Positions 62,101 through 64,000 of a DNA stretch of 64,000 nucleotides are shown in pieces. The first letter of the stretch is position 1. The number at the start of each line of letters is the position of its first letter. The position numbers and the translations under genes are program-made. Below the pieces are notes generated by a model. That model ran no database searches and was not told where the DNA came from. It saw only the letters and a list, made by a program, of their open reading frames with translations. The stretch comes from Eledone cirrhosa (Eukaryota), in assembly GCA_964016885.1 (NCBI GenBank), contig OZ024743.1:192324001-192388000 (forward strand), read 5' to 3'.

Positions 62101-64000
62101 TACTGGAAGCTAAACGCGTCCTTACCAGCGCGCAAGGCCTACAGAGACCGGATTAGCGAACTAGTTAAGCGGGCGTTGACGGGGGCCATCGTCAACAACA
62201 AGTGGTGGTTTGCTCTGAAAAGAGCAATTAGAATAGAGTCCATTAGGTTTAGTAAGACTTTAGCAATAGAGAAAAATAGAGCAGAGGGAGAATTAGTTAG
62301 AAAATTAGATGAGGCGCTTAGCAAAGGCATCGCGACCGACGTACTTGCGGCGAAATTGGCCCTTGACCAATTCTTCAATGCAAAGCACGAAGGCTGCGTT
62401 GTCAGAGCTAGGGTGCGTGCTCTCAGACACGAGGGGACGAAAGCCGTTCAATGGGCCCGAGTGGCGGAGGCGCGTCGTGGCAATAAAGCCACGATCCGGT
62501 CTTTGGTGGACCACGACGGGCGCATGCTACTCGATCCCGGGAAAATGTGTGAAGCTTTTCAGCGACACTTCGCTCAACTGTTCGGGGGCAGAGTTCAAGA
62601 TGTTGGCCAAGGTGCTAGCAAAGAGGTTGGCGCTTGTCGTTGGTGGTCTGGTGGGAGAGGCACAGACATGCGCCATTCCCGACAGATCCATCCACGACAA
62701 CTTCCACCTCATGCGATACATCGTAGAGAGGGTAGCTAGGGAACCTGGCACGGGTGGGTCTTTGATCAATTTAGATCAGTCGAAAGCCTTCGATAGGGTC
62801 GACCATCGTTACCTAGCGGCAGTCCTGAGGGCGGCTGGCTTTGGGCCCGTCTTCAGAGGCTGGATCGCTGCCATGCACAGCGACATCTGCTCTGTAGTGA
62901 GAGTGAACGGTCACCTTTCGGAACCGTTCAACATCATGCGCTCGGTCCGCCAAGGATGTCCCCTCTCGTCCCTATTGTACGTATTGACTCTCGAGCCATT
63001 ACTGCACAAACTGGAGACGTTGAGGGGGGTCCCGCGCGAACTAGGATGCGGAAGATCCGTGTCAGCATATGCCGACGATGTCACCGTAGTGGTGTCGAAC
63101 GCCAAACACATCGAGGCGATCGGCACTACACTAAGAGAATACGAAGCGGTGACAGGAGCAATGATCAACCAGGAAAAGTCAGTGGGCCTGCAGCTCGGCA
63201 CCTGGAGAGGCAGGTCCATGCCGTCCAACAGCGTCGTCGGGCGCTGGACGGACGGACGGACCGGTTAAATTGCTAGGGGTCTGGTTCGGTCCAGACCTCC
63301 AGACGGACAAAAACTGGGACGAGGTGACGAGCAGGGTGGCTTCTCTCACCCAGAAATGGGCCGAGAGGAAGCTATCCCTGAAAGGTCGAGCGGAGGTGGC
63401 GAATGCGTACATCGCATCCGTCATCTACTACCGCCTGACCGTCGTACCTTGTCCTAAGCCCCGCCTGACTGCGCTGGAGCGTTTGCTCTTTCGCTTCTTG
63501 TGGAAGGGACGCGCTCCGATGGTCAGGCGGTCCATCTGCTGTCAACACCCGCTACGTGGAGGGCTGGGCATGCCGTGGCTGATGATGCGCAGACACGCGC
63601 TCAGGCTACGACATCTCCACCTCTTCCTCGACGGTGATCAGGTGTGGTCGCCGTTTGCTAGACACGTTTTTCCCCAGCTCGTCTCCTTGACGGAGCTGCA
63701 GTCCTGGGTCAAGCGAAGACCGAGAGGGAGCGCTTGGAGACTGGAATGTCTTCAGGCGCTCACAGCCCTCGACCAATCGGGCAATGTGATCGGTGGAAAC
63801 TCCACCTTGGCGTTCTATAGGGGATTAGTGGAGGGGAAGAGCGACGACGTACTTGGAGAAACTCTAGGCGTCGACGAAAATCAACTAGCCAATCTCTTCG
63901 GAAGGACTTTCGGGCCGGAGCCTATGGACAACTTCCAGAAATCCCTGGCCTGGCAGTGCTACCGGGGAGCCTTGCCAGTTCGGGATAAACTCTACAGACA
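59128..64000 (+). mobile_element. Tx1 LINE, copy E (type B ORF1), defective, runs off the window end
   Basis: Follows (ATT)23. ORF2 ATG at 61366. Carries the same deletion (~62590) and GGAC duplication (~63250) as copy D. Confidence 0.95.

Overview
Eukaryotic (animal) DNA made almost entirely of transposable elements and microsatellites. The SINE types and repeat landscape resemble octopus/cephalopod DNA (inference). No host protein-coding gene was recognised. Contents: (i) at least eight L1/Tx1-clade LINE copies from about four subfamilies, bounded by (ATT)n and often in head-to-tail tandems, one with both ORFs intact (7145-13168); (ii) a near-intact R4/Dong-like RLE element and two fragments that use the same microsatellite in the opposite sense; (iii) a decayed RTE LINE and SINEs carrying its 3' tail; (iv) two head-to-head Helitrons; (v) two probable solo LTRs; (vi) short non-coding elements between (TA)n tracts that form perfect palindromes and carry type I hammerhead ribozyme motifs, including U3-A8 core variants (Penelope-like architecture). 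Top leads: a GTAAGT...pyrimidine tract...YAG micro-intron-like spacer whose removal would fuse Tx1 ORF1 to ORF2 in frame; swapping of ORF1/5'UTR modules at that same junction; and the hammerhead/palindrome elements. All identity statements are by eye, and no searches or folding programs were run.
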